Shown piece by piece: positions 10,809-20,865 of a stretch of 64,000 nucleotides of DNA. Both the position numbers and the translations under genes were made by a program. Numbering within the stretch: position 1 is the stretch's first letter; each line of letters starts with the position of its first letter. Source of the DNA: an uncultured Verrucomicrobiae bacterium (lineage in GTDB: Bacteria; Verrucomicrobiota; Verrucomicrobiia; Limisphaerales; JAFGQR01); assembly GCA_963788655.1 (NCBI GenBank), contig CAWBHS010000026.1:32001-96000 (forward strand), given 5' to 3'. Below the pieces are notes generated by a model. The model was not told the origin of the DNA and searched no databases. It worked only from the letters and a program-made list of their open reading frames with translations.

Positions 10809-11081
10809 ATGGCCCAGGCAATGATGGATCCCGCGGAGGTGCGGCGTTTCGCCGAAGAACTGAAGCGGTTCAACATTGATCTCCAAAACCGGATGGGATT
10901 GTTGCAGGCGCGGTTTGCGTCGCTGGGTGAATCCTGGCAGGACCAGGAGCACACCAAGTTTTCCGATGAGTTCAAACAAACCATGAAGGCGCTGAAGAAA
11001 TTCGTCGAGATTTCCAACCAGCACGCGCCTTACCTCTTGCGCAAGGCTCAGCGCATCGAAGAATATCTGAACCAACGTTAA
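10809..11081 (+). CDS. WXG100/ESAT-6-like protein (central W-Q-D variant), 90 aa
   Basis: MAQAMMDPAEVRRFAEELKRF...LGESWQDQEHTKF...IEEYLNQR: helix-turn-helix hairpin of about 90 aa with a central Trp turn, upstream of an FtsK ATPase. Confidence 0.85.
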   Translation: MAQAMMDPAEVRRFAEELKRFNIDLQNRMGLLQARFASLGESWQDQEHTKFSDEFKQTMKALKKFVEISNQHAPYLLRKAQRIEEYLNQR

Positions 11082-11085
11082 CCGG

Positions 11086-11691
11086 ATGGCCGACAAAGCG
11101 CATGTTACCTCGGTGGAAGCGCTGCAAGCGTTCCGGACCAGCTTGGTCCTGTACCTCAGCAAGGCGCGGCCCACCCTGGACGAAGTCGGCGGCGACGTCG
11201 TCCGCACCCGTTTGTGGCTGGAGAATGACCAGCGGAGTTATTGGGAGGGACAAGTGCGCCGGCGTTCGCGAGTTCTGGAACAGGCGCAAGCAGCGCTGTT
11301 CGGATCGCGGTTGTCCACGTTTCGGGAAGCCTCGACTGCCGAGCAGGCGGCGGTGAACAAGGCACGGCGGGCGTTGGCCGAGGCGGAGGAGAAACTGCGG
11401 CTGGTGAAACGCTGGTACCGCGAGTTCGAGAACCGGGTGGAACCGCTCGCCAAAGAGTTGGGCAAATTGCAGTCGTTTCTGACCGATCAAATGCCCAAAG
11501 CGCTGGCCTATCTGGCCCAGGCCGTGAAAACCCTCGAGGACTACGCGCAACTGGCGCCCAGTCCCCCGGCGGAAGCCTCCGGATCGTCCCCCAGTGCGGC
11601 CAGTACGGATAATTCCGCATCCTCCGACGCCCCGGCCGCTGCGGCCAATCCCACTGGCGGCGAAACTGCTTCCCGGAAAGGCAGCCCGTGA
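11086..11691 (+). CDS. Helical coiled-coil protein, putative WXG100-like partner/substrate
   Basis: All-helical ~155 aa core ending TLEDYA, followed by a P/S/A-rich tail; 4 nt after the WXG100 gene, GTGA overlap with the next gene. Confidence 0.7.
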   Translation: MADKAHVTSVEALQAFRTSLVLYLSKARPTLDEVGGDVVRTRLWLENDQRSYWEGQVRRRSRVLEQAQAALFGSRLSTFREASTAEQAAVNKARRALAEAEEKLRLVKRWYREFENRVEPLAKELGKLQSFLTDQMPKALAYLAQAVKTLEDYAQLAPSPPAEASGSSPSAASTDNSASSDAPAAAANPTGGETASRKGSP

Positions 11692-11900
11692 ACATCAAGG
11701 CAAACGGCAACAAGCTGACCGCCATCACGAAAGAGATTTCGAACCAGTGGCAGTTGACGCTCGACCAATGGCAGGATGCCAAAAGCCGGGAGTTTGAGCG
11801 CAAGTATTTGGAAGAACTCTTCGCCGCGGTGGATTCGGCGGTGACGGTCATTGGGCAACTGGACAAACTTGTCACAAAAATCAGGCAGGACTGTGAGTAG
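11688..11900 (+). CDS. Small WXG100-like protein (W-Q-D motif), 70 aa
   Basis: NQWQLTLDQWQDAKSREFERKYL repeats the WQD..(K/E)F turn of the 10809 protein; translationally coupled on both sides. Confidence 0.72.
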   Translation: MNIKANGNKLTAITKEISNQWQLTLDQWQDAKSREFERKYLEELFAAVDSAVTVIGQLDKLVTKIRQDCE

Positions 11901-14900
11901 TCATTCGGGTGTCGCCAAAACCATCGAACTGGTGAACCGCCTCAAAGAGACGGTGCGCGAGTTCACCGTCAACGAGGAAAAACTCACGCACCAGCTTAAC
12001 GCCGGCATCGGTGAAGCGCGACGTCGCCGGGACGCGGCGACTGAAGAACTGGAGAGCGAATCTGCGCTGGCGCTGGATCAGGCGGAGGCCGCCTTTCAGA
12101 CGGCCCGGCAAGCGCGGGAGTCAAAATATGCGCAGCGCCACGCACGCATTCAGAAAGGTCGCCGCACCAGCCAAAAGCAGCAACTCCAGCAAATCGACCG
12201 CACCGAGGGAGGCCGCAAACACAAGCTCCAAACCGAAACGCTGCAAGCGCAACGGGACCACGATAACGGGCTGGCGCAAACGGAAACAACCTCGAAGAAT
12301 TCAAGCGCAGCCTGGCTGGCCGAGCAGGAACTGCTGCAATCCATTGCAATCGCGAGCATGGTCTGACTTTTCGCGCTTCTAGGAAATTTCGCGACTTGAT
12401 TTCCCCGACGGAACCGCAGTGGAAAGCGCACCGGTGGCGGACGACAAGGATGAATATCAATTGTTCACGTGAACTGCGCCAGCGACTCGATGCTGCCCAG
12501 GCCGACTTGGGCCGTTTCCGGAAATTGCTGGTGCCCCATCTTCTCAAATATCCCAGTCTGTGGTTGGTGATCCTGTTTTGCCTGATCCCTTTGGTTCCGC
12601 TACTGCAATACTTCAACATCACTTCCTTTACCTACGTTCATGCGGGCGCAGCAATTGGGGGATGTCTCGTGCTGGGCTTCCTGTTGCACTACTTGGGCCG
12701 GCGGCAGGGCCAGCCGCTCGCCAAAAAGTTTGCCGCCGAAATTGCCTCGGCCGCTCGTTTGCACGATGTCTGCCTGGAAACGGCCGAGACGCGGCGCACC
12801 CAGGAAATTGCCCGGATCGAAAACGAGTTCGAAAGCCGCAATCAGACGATCGCTCAGGAATGGCAGCAGGCCATCGAGACCGCCGCGCAGCTTCGCGAAA
12901 CCGCGCCGCGAACGCTCGAGGAAAAGGCGGCGCGTGTTTCCGCCCGGAACGAAAAACAACATCGCCTAAAGACTGAACAACTCGAACGCCACCACACCGC
13001 GGAAGTCCAGCGTTTGAAAGGCGAAGCCGAAACTCGGCAGCGGAAATTGGTGAGCGTTTGCGCAGCGTTGGAGACGAAGTACAACTCTGATTCCAGACGA
13101 ACCTGCAGGCTTTGGAAGCCGAATGGAAACAGCAAATCCAGCCGATTTACAAAGTCATCCAGACCGCCAACGCGGATGCGGAAAAGCTGTTTCCGCCGTG
13201 GGACGCGGAACGGTGGGATCGCTGGACGGCTCCGAAGGAATTCGCGCACGCCGCTCAGTTCGCGCACCTGGACGTGGACGTGGTCAATCTCGCCGGCAGC
13301 CCGCCCAAAGATGAGCGACTCGCGCTTCCGGGCCCCAGCCAGTTTTCGTTGCCATTACTGCTGACGTATCCCCACGAAGGATCGATTCTCTTCGAGACGG
13401 TGGCGGCCGGGCGGGAGGAAATGATCGGCGCGCTGAACAATCTCATTTTGCGGTTGCTCTCGGTGGCGCCGCCGGGACGGTTGAGCTTCACGCTGATTGA
13501 TCCCGTGGGACTGGGGCAAAGCTTTTCCGGCGTGATGCACCTGGCGGATTACGCCGAGCACTTGATCAACAGCCGCATCTGGACCCAGACCGGGCAGATC
13601 GAGCAGCGCCTGGCCAACCTGAATGAGCACATGGAGAAGGTCATTCAGATGTATCTCCGGAACGAGTACGCCACGATCACGGAATACAATGAACAAGCCG
13701 GCAACATCGCGGAGAAATATCACTTTCTGGCGGTCGCCGATTTCCCCTCGAACTTCACCGAGGTTGCCGCCAAACGGCTTTTGAGCATTGCCACCAGCGG
13801 CGCACGTTGTGGAGTTTATACGCTGATTCATTGGGACCGCCGGCAGCCGGTGCCGCCGGAGTTTGTTCCGGAGGAACTTCGCAAGAGCAGCGTTTGCATC
13901 AGTCTCAAAGGCAACACCCTGGTTTTGACCGGCCAACCGATGGCCGGCACGCGCGTACTGCTCGAAGCCCCGCCATCGCCGGAACGCGCGACCCAATTCA
14001 TCCAAAAAGTTGGCTTGAGTAGTCGCGACTCGAATCGCATCGAAGTGCCGTTTGCCCACGTGGCACCAGCCGGAGACGAAGTGTGGAGCCTGGACTCCGC
14101 GGACGAACTGCGCGTGCCGATTGGCCGCACCGGCGCCACGAAGTTGCAGTATCTTGCCATCGGCAAGGACACCCGCCAGCACGGGTTGATCGCGGGCAAG
14201 ACCGGTTCCGGCAAATCCACGTTGTTTCACGTGATCATCACCAACCTGGCGTTGTGGTGCAGTCCGGAGCAGGTCGAGTTTTACCTGGTGGATTTCAAGA
14301 AAGGCGTGGAATTCAAATGCTACGCGGCCCGACATCTGCCACATGCGCGCGTCGTCGCGATCGAGAGCGACCGGGAGTTCGGCTTGAGCGTGCTCCAGCG
14401 CGTGGACGCCGAGTTGAAACGGCGCGGCGACTTGTTTCGCAAGCTCGGCGTGCAGAACGTTCCCGGCTACAAAAAGGCAGGCGGCACCGAAGCCATGCCG
14501 CGCTCGCTGCTGATCATTGACGAGTTCCAGGAATTTTTCGTTGAAGACGATCCCATCTCCCAGACGGCATCGGTGCTTCTGGATCGAATTGTCCGGCAAG
14601 GACGCGCGTTTGGCATTCACGTATTGCTGGGTTCCCAAACACTTGGGGGCGCGTACACCGTAGCGCGCACGACCCTCGGCCAAATGGTCATTCGTATCGC
14701 GCTCCAGTGCAACGAAGCCGATGCTTACTTGATCATGGACGACAACAATCCGGCTCCCCGGCTGCTAACCCGTCCAGGCGAGGGCATTTACAACGACCGG
14801 GCCGGGAACCTCGAAGGCAACAGCCCATTCCAGACGGTGTGGCTGCCGGACGCGGTGCGCGACGCGTCACTCGAGCAGGTCCGCCAGGTGGCCGACCAAA

Positions 14901-15793
14901 GCGGGACCGCTTATCCAGGCCCAATCGTGTTTGAAGGAAACGCGCCCGCGGACATTCGGGAAAACGCCGCGCTGGGCGCGTTGCTGAAGGCCGAATCGAT
15001 CCAGGTTCCACCTGCAGCGCAAATGTGGCTGGGTGCGCCCAATTCCATCAAAGGTCCGACGGAAGCGGTGTTCCATCGACAAAGCGGCAATCACCTTTTG
15101 ATGGTCGGCCAACGCGACGAAGCCATCCTGGCCATTTTCTCAGTTGGCCTGGTTTCGTTGGCGACGCAATATCCGATCGGCCGGGCGCGGTTCTATTTGC
15201 TCGATGGCACGCCGCCGGGTTCGCCGCAACGCGCCTTCCTTGAGCGGGTCAGGCAAGCGATCCCGCATGACGCGGTGAGCGTGAAACCAAACGAATTGGC
15301 GGACGTGCTGAGCGGATTGGCCGAGGAAGTGAAACGGCATACCGAAGACGTTTCGGCCGGCGAAGCACCGGCAACGTTCTTGTTGATTCAAGGGCTTCAG
15401 AAATTCGGCAAGCTGCGTTACGAAGAGGATTTTGGGTTTTCGACGGACGATTCCGCAACGACGGCCAAGCCGGGCGCATTGCTCAACACACTGATTGATG
15501 AAGGCCCCAGCGCGGGCGTCCACGTGATTGCTTCGTGTGACACCTACAACAACGTCAGCCGGTTCCTCAGCCGGAAGGCCCTGAGCGAGTTTGAAATGCG
15601 GGTGCTATTCCAGATGAGCCCGAACGATTCAGCCAGCCTGATCGACAGTCCGAAAGCCAGCACGTTGGGGTTGCACCGGGCGATTTTCTACAACGAGCAA
15701 CAGGGTTACATGGAAACGTTCCGTCCGTATGCCCTGCCGCCCGGTGACTGGATTGAGCACGTAGGTGGCGAACTCGGGCGGTTGCTGAAATAG
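11893..15793 (+). CDS. FtsK/SpoIIIE-domain ATPase, EssC/EccC-like (~1300 aa; split by apparent frameshifts at ~12.3-12.45 kb and ~13.1 kb)
   Basis: GTG 11893 overlaps the previous stop; coiled coil, two TM helices (~12550-12700), then HGLIAGKTGSGKS, FYLVDFKKGVEF, LLIIDEFQ, RQGRAFGIHVLLGSQ, flanked by two degenerate FtsK-like repeats. Confidence 0.88.
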
Positions 15794-15807
15794 CCGTTCT
15801 CCCTACC

Positions 15808-16833
15808 CTACCGTTTCCACCAGGAGCGGTGCTGCGGTCTGGGTTCCGGGGCGAAGGACTGCTGTTGATTGATCTGTTGCACCAGTAACTGGCTGCGCGC
15901 CGCGGTCAGGGCCATGATGAAATCATCGTACGTGGGGTAGCGATCATCCGGGTTCTTGGCCATCGCGGCGCAAATCGCGTCACTGGTTGGCTGGGTGATG
16001 TTGACATTGATGTGATTGGGCGGCGTCAGGGGGGCGTGGACATGGTCGGCCACCACTTGCTCAATCGTTTCCGCCTCGAACGGCACGTGGCCGGTCATCG
16101 CATGGTAGAGCGTGCCGCCCAGGCTGTACATGTCCGAATGAAAATCTTCGCCACGACGCTGGATCTTTTCGGGCGCCACGTAATAAGGCGTTCCCCATAT
16201 CGAAGAGCCGTATTCCTCTTCTTCCTCCGCTTTGCGGGCCAGGCCAAAGTCCACCAGTTTCGGTTCGCCTTCGGCATTATAGAGGATGTTGAGGGGTTTG
16301 ATGTCGCGATGGAGCAAGTCCTTTTTTAGTGCCGTTTGCAGCGCGGAGGCGACTTTGATGCCGACGTCCAACACGTCGAGTTCGGGCACGGCCCCTTCGG
16401 TTTCAATGCGATTGTCGAGGCTACCATGGTCGGCCAGTTCCATCACCAGGAAAGGTTGCCCGTCAAAATCGTCGAACGCGTAAATATGGATGATATTGGT
16501 GTGATTCAGGGCGGCCCCGGCGCGGGCTTCGCGATAGAAACTATCCATCACTTGCGGATCTTCAGTCAGTTCGCGTTTGAGGAATTTGACTGCCACCATT
16601 CGTTCGAGCGTCAGATCGAACGCCCGGTACACTGTGCCCATGCCGCCGGACGCGATCACTTCCCGTAATTCGAACTGGCGGATGCGCACCGGAACAATGA
16701 CCGGGTGGCCGCACTGGTTGCAGGGAGTTGACGCCATCGGTTCACCGCCGCTTGGCAGCCAAAGCTGTTTCTTGCAGCTTCCACAAATAGATAAACGCAA
16801 CGGGGCGCTGGGTTGACCGGTGGCCTCGGACAC
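15808..16833 (-). CDS. Hanks-type Ser/Thr protein kinase with N-terminal Zn-ribbon
   Basis: CGSC..CNQC; IASGGMGTVYRA, VAVK, HRDIKPLN, DFGLA, GTPYYVAPE, SDMYSLG; no TM segment. Confidence 0.93.
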   Translation of the reverse strand: MSEATGQPSAPLRLSICGSCKKQLWLPSGGEPMASTPCNQCGHPVIVPVRIRQFELREVIASGGMGTVYRAFDLTLERMVAVKFLKRELTEDPQVMDSFYREARAGAALNHTNIIHIYAFDDFDGQPFLVMELADHGSLDNRIETEGAVPELDVLDVGIKVASALQTALKKDLLHRDIKPLNILYNAEGEPKLVDFGLARKAEEEEEYGSSIWGTPYYVAPEKIQRRGEDFHSDMYSLGGTLYHAMTGHVPFEAETIEQVVADHVHAPLTPPNHINVNITQPTSDAICAAMAKNPDDRYPTYDDFIMALTAARSQLLVQQINQQQSFAPEPRPQHRSWWKR

Positions 16834-16986
16834 GAGAGCAAGATAACAGGTGTTGTTCGCCCGACAAGCGTGGAAATAGCCCGACCGCGCCGAGGTGGCG
16901 AACGAAGTCAGCTTTCCGCTACCGGTCCAACCCTCACGGCAACGGCACCTCTCGCTGGGAAGGATTGCCCGCCTGACTCATTGCGG

Positions 16987-17200
16987 TTGACAAGGACTCC
17001 GCTTTGCGGTTTCTTAAGCGCGTTCATGATGGATAAAACAATTAGCACCGATCCGCCGCATGCTCACGGGAGCAAGCGCACGGGCGTACGGTGTCACTCC
17101 GCCCGAAAGGCTGGCGGCATCGTGGAGGGAGGGCCTTAGCCCCTGACGAAAGCAATTTTCCCCACCCACGATTGTCCGGCAATCGTGGGTTTTTTGTTTT
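16987..17200 (+). promoter_or_regulatory. Promoter, short leader ORF and intrinsic terminator (attenuator/riboswitch-like leader)
   Basis: TTGACA at 16987; 37-codon ORF 17026-17139; hairpin ACCCACGATTG-TCCGG-CAATCGTGGGT followed by TTTTTGTTTT, 44 nt before the next ATG. Confidence 0.55.
17164..17200 (+). terminator. Rho-independent terminator
   Basis: Perfect 11-bp stem, 5-nt loop and U-tract. Confidence 0.85.
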
Positions 17201-17243
17201 ATTCCGGGCCGTCGGGCTCATCCCGGATGCCGGAAAGTCACTA

Positions 17244-17588
17244 ATGAAATCAGACAAAAACAGAACAAAGGATCAAGTCATGCGCGACCGGGAGTTACAC
17301 CCGCCGGCCGTTGGAGCACCGGTGTTTCAAGGTGCCACCGAGAGCGAATTCGAACAATTCAAAGACCAGTTGCTACTGCGCTTGCTGCGGCAGACCAGCG
17401 ACGCGGAGTTGGACGCGGCGTTGCGTCATGCCGCCAATGAAGCCGCCGCCATGGCTTGGACGACGCCGTTTCCACTCTTGTTTCTGCCCGCGCTGGTGGA
17501 AGAGAAAGCCGAGTCCGTCCGCCGCCAGGCAAAGGATCAGGCGCCAAGCCGACCTCGCCGTTCAAAAGCGTTAAAGCCGGCGGCGTGA
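17244..17588 (+). CDS. Hypothetical protein (114 aa)
   Basis: ATG 17244; helical core LRHAANEAAAMAWTTPFPLLFLPALVEEK. Confidence 0.65.
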   Translation: MKSDKNRTKDQVMRDRELHPPAVGAPVFQGATESEFEQFKDQLLLRLLRQTSDAELDAALRHAANEAAAMAWTTPFPLLFLPALVEEKAESVRRQAKDQAPSRPRRSKALKPAA

Positions 17589-17827
17589 GAAGGAGAGAGA
17601 GTCCTGACGCTGGATACTTGATACCGGGTGCCGGAACTGGCAGCTTGATATTGGATACCGGCCGGAATGTCCCACCCACTGCTGCGTAGTGGCGGCATTC
17701 GAATCGTCCAACGGTTCGAATGTGTGGCGCCTGAACAGCGTGGCCAACCATTGCCCGCGACGGTTTTGGCCGCGCCTCGCCGATTCAGTTTGACCAGCTT
17801 TCCTTTGCCTCAGTAGGCTTCGCCGCC

Positions 17828-19252
17828 ATGGGTTACGAACCGAATCCCGCGATGATCGCACCGTTCGTCGTTTTGCTCGCGACCATCGCATTGGCGCCAC
17901 TGGCCTTTCCGGAATGGTGGCTGAAGCATTACCCCAAAGTGGCGCTGGCTTTGGCGGCGGTCACGCTTTCATACTACCTGCTAGTTTTACCCGGCACGGC
18001 GAAACTTACCGTGTGGCACACCACCGAGGAATACATCAGCTTCATTGTGTTGATCGGCTCATTGTTCGTGGTGTCGGGGGGCATTCATATCAACATCAAA
18101 GGACAGGCGACGCCGCGGGCCAACGTGGTGTTTTTGCTCATCGGCGCAGTGATCGCGAACGTGCTCGGCACCACGGGCGCTTCGATGTTGATGATTCGCC
18201 CCTGGCTGCGCATGAACAAGTATCGGATCACCGCGCATCATGTGGTGTTTTTCATCTTCATTGTTTCCAACGTCGGTGGCTGCCTGACCCCCATCGGCGA
18301 TCCGCCACTGTTTCTGGGATTCCTTAAAGGAATTCCTTTCTGGTGGGTTGCCGAACATTGCTGGCCGATGTGGGCGGTGGGTATTGGGATGCTGCTGGCG
18401 ACGTTTTACGTCATTGACCGACATAATTATGTCCGGGCGCCCCGCACCATCCGGGAGGAACAAGCGGAGCCGCCGGATAGCTGGCGGTTCGACGGTTTGG
18501 GAAATCTGTTCTTCCTGGCGGTCATCCTGGTGGCCGTGTTTGTCGAGCACCCGCTGTTCCTGCGGGAAGCTATCATGGTCGGCGCGGCAGCCTGTTCGTA
18601 CTTTATGACTCGCCAATCCGTGCATGAGGCCAACCACTTCAACTTTCATCCGATTCAGGAAGTGACGATCCTGTTCATTGGCATTTTTGCCACCATGATG
18701 CCGGCGCTGGATTGGTTGCAGTTGCACGCGAGTTCGATCCAGAATGCCACCCCGGGCATGTTTTATTGGGGCACGGGCGTGCTCTCCAGCGTGCTGGACA
18801 ACGCGCCGACCTACCTGAGCTTTCTCAGCGCCGCCACGGGCTATTTTGTTCCCATGGATCTGCTGAACGAGTTGTTGGTCTATGTCAAAGCGCACGGGCC
18901 GGATGCGTCGGCGCTCGTGGGTCCGCACGCGGAAATGTTGCGACACGCTTTGGACACCTTGGTCAAGTACCGCGCCGCCGAAGTGAGCGCCCAGGACATT
19001 ACCGCGACCCATGGGCAAGTGGCGCTGCTGCTGGGTAATCTGCAAAGCAGCCGTACGCTGGTGGCCATCAGCGTGGGCGCCGTATTCTTTGGCGCCTGCA
19101 CGTACATTGGCAATGGCCCGAACTTTATGGTGAAAGCCATTGCCGAGCACCAGAAAGTCCACGTGCCATCGTTTGTGGGATATGTGTTCAAGTTCACCCT
19201 GTTGTACCTGCTCCCCACCCTGGCGGTGGTCTGGTTGATCTTCTTCCGATAG
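17828..19252 (+). CDS. Ion-transporter superfamily sodium:proton antiporter / citrate-transporter-like protein
   Basis: About 12 TM helices; GTTGASM, SNVGGCLTPIGDPPLFLG, SSVLDNAPTYL, TYIGNGPNFMVK. Confidence 0.85.
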   Translation: MGYEPNPAMIAPFVVLLATIALAPLAFPEWWLKHYPKVALALAAVTLSYYLLVLPGTAKLTVWHTTEEYISFIVLIGSLFVVSGGIHINIKGQATPRANVVFLLIGAVIANVLGTTGASMLMIRPWLRMNKYRITAHHVVFFIFIVSNVGGCLTPIGDPPLFLGFLKGIPFWWVAEHCWPMWAVGIGMLLATFYVIDRHNYVRAPRTIREEQAEPPDSWRFDGLGNLFFLAVILVAVFVEHPLFLREAIMVGAAACSYFMTRQSVHEANHFNFHPIQEVTILFIGIFATMMPALDWLQLHASSIQNATPGMFYWGTGVLSSVLDNAPTYLSFLSAATGYFVPMDLLNELLVYVKAHGPDASALVGPHAEMLRHALDTLVKYRAAEVSAQDITATHGQVALLLGNLQSSRTLVAISVGAVFFGACTYIGNGPNFMVKAIAEHQKVHVPSFVGYVFKFTLLYLLPTLAVVWLIFFR

Positions 19253-19516
19253 GCGCCACGCGGCGCAGACTAACAACCGGTCGTCCGGCCGTCACAAACG
19301 ACACCGTTGCCAGCCGGTCAATTCCGAGGCGATTGCCATCGGTGGCCAGTGGGAGTTGCGACGTGGCTTGTCTTCTGCTGCGGCAATTTGGGCAGAATCC
19401 GGACCTCGCGGAAGATACCGCCCCGGCTGGTTGGCCGTTTCCAGCGAATTAAAGAAAAATGGTTTTGCCAGACAGGCCCAAATTATGTGAGATAACGAAG
19501 CGCTTTTACCCTCGCT

Positions 19517-20865
19517 ATGCGGCGATTTTACAACATTTTATTTACACTGTCCTTTCTGCTCAGTTCGCCCTATTACTTTCTCCGGCTGCGTCGGAGGGGC
19601 AATTGGCGGGCGGATTTTTCCCAGCGGTTTGGACGTTACAGCTCCAAAGTCAAGCAAGCCGTCTCCAATCGGCACGTGCTGTGGATCCACGCCGTCAGCG
19701 TTGGGGAGGTCAATATCTGCACGCAGCTCGTCAAAGCGCTGGAGCCCCGGCTGCCCAATTTGAAGATCGTGGTTTCCACCACCACCACGACGGGTATGGG
19801 CGAATTGCAAAAGAAATTTCCTTCCCATATCCAAAAAGTCTATTACCCAATTGACCGCCGGGAGTGACGTCAACCGCGCCCTGATGACGATCCATCCGCA
19901 GATTATTGTGCTGGTGGAAGCGGAAATCTGGCCCAATTTTTTATGGCGTTCTCAGGCGCTACGCATTCCGTTGTTCTTGGTCAACGCCCGGTTGTCCGAA
20001 AAGTCCTACCGTGGCTACAAGCGGTTTGGCTTTTTGTTTCGGCAGTTGTTCGCCGCGTTTACCGGGGTTGGGTGCCAAAATGAAACTGACGCCCAGCGGC
20101 TGCGCGAGTTGGGTTGCCGGCCGGAGAGCATCTGCGTGGTCGGCAACATGAAGTACGACTCGGCCAAACTTGAAGAGCGCCGAGTAGTTGATGTGCCCGG
20201 GTTGCTACGCCAATTGGGGGTGCCGGACGGCGCGCGCCTGCTCATTGGCGGCAGCACCCATGCCGGAGAGGAAGCCATTCTCGGGGAAATCTACCAGCGG
20301 TTGCGAAAGCGGTTTCCGGATTTGTTTCTGATTGTGGCACCCCGTCATTTCGAACGCGGCAAGGAAGCCGGTCGGGATCTGAGCGCGCAGGGCATCAAGT
20401 TCGCTTACCGCAGCGAAATGAGCGTGAGTTCCCGCTACGAACCCAACTCCATCGAATGCCTGTTGTTGAATACGACCGGGGAATTGAAGTACTTCTACGA
20501 ACATGCCGCGGCCATCTTTGTGGGCAAGAGCCTCGTCGCCGACGGGGGCCAGAATCCGATCGAGCCGGGCGCGTTGGGCAAAGCCATGGTCTTTGGCCCC
20601 AACATGCAGAACTTCGAGGCCATCGCCCGGAGTTTTGTCGCACAGGCGCGCCGCGCTCCAAGTGCAGAACGCGGCTGAGTTGGAAACCGCGCTGGACCAC
20701 ATTCTGGGTGATGCCCAACTGGCCGCGGAATTGGGCCGCAACGCGGTGCAGGTAGTCAAAGAAAACTCGGGCGCCATCGAGCGCACCGTAGAGATGATCG
20801 TGGAGGCGTTGAAAGACAGTCCGATTTTTGTCGCCGGCAAACGCTTTCGCGCTCGGCAGGGTTAA
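19517..20865 (+). CDS. waaA: 3-deoxy-D-manno-octulosonic acid (Kdo) transferase, split by frameshifts at ~19860 and ~20645
   Basis: LWIHAVSVGE, STTTTTG, EAEIWPN, VNARLS, GNMKYD, GSTHAGEE, APRHFER, FVGKSL..GGQNPIEP, FGPNMQNF spread over three consecutive frames. Confidence 0.92.

Noticed and set aside
10128..11207. 359-aa (-) and 315-aa (+) ORFs suggesting extended or overlapping NUDIX and WXG100 genes
   Set aside because: Each extension is the antisense of the other gene; the real starts are 10637 (-) and 10809 (+), in a divergent arrangement.
17090..17160. Leader as a SAM-I, c-di-GMP or Na+/Li+ riboswitch
   Set aside because: Only fragmentary resemblance (GTGGAGGG, a GAAA loop); the conserved cores could not be found by eye, and the antiporter has its own promoter at 17790-17819.
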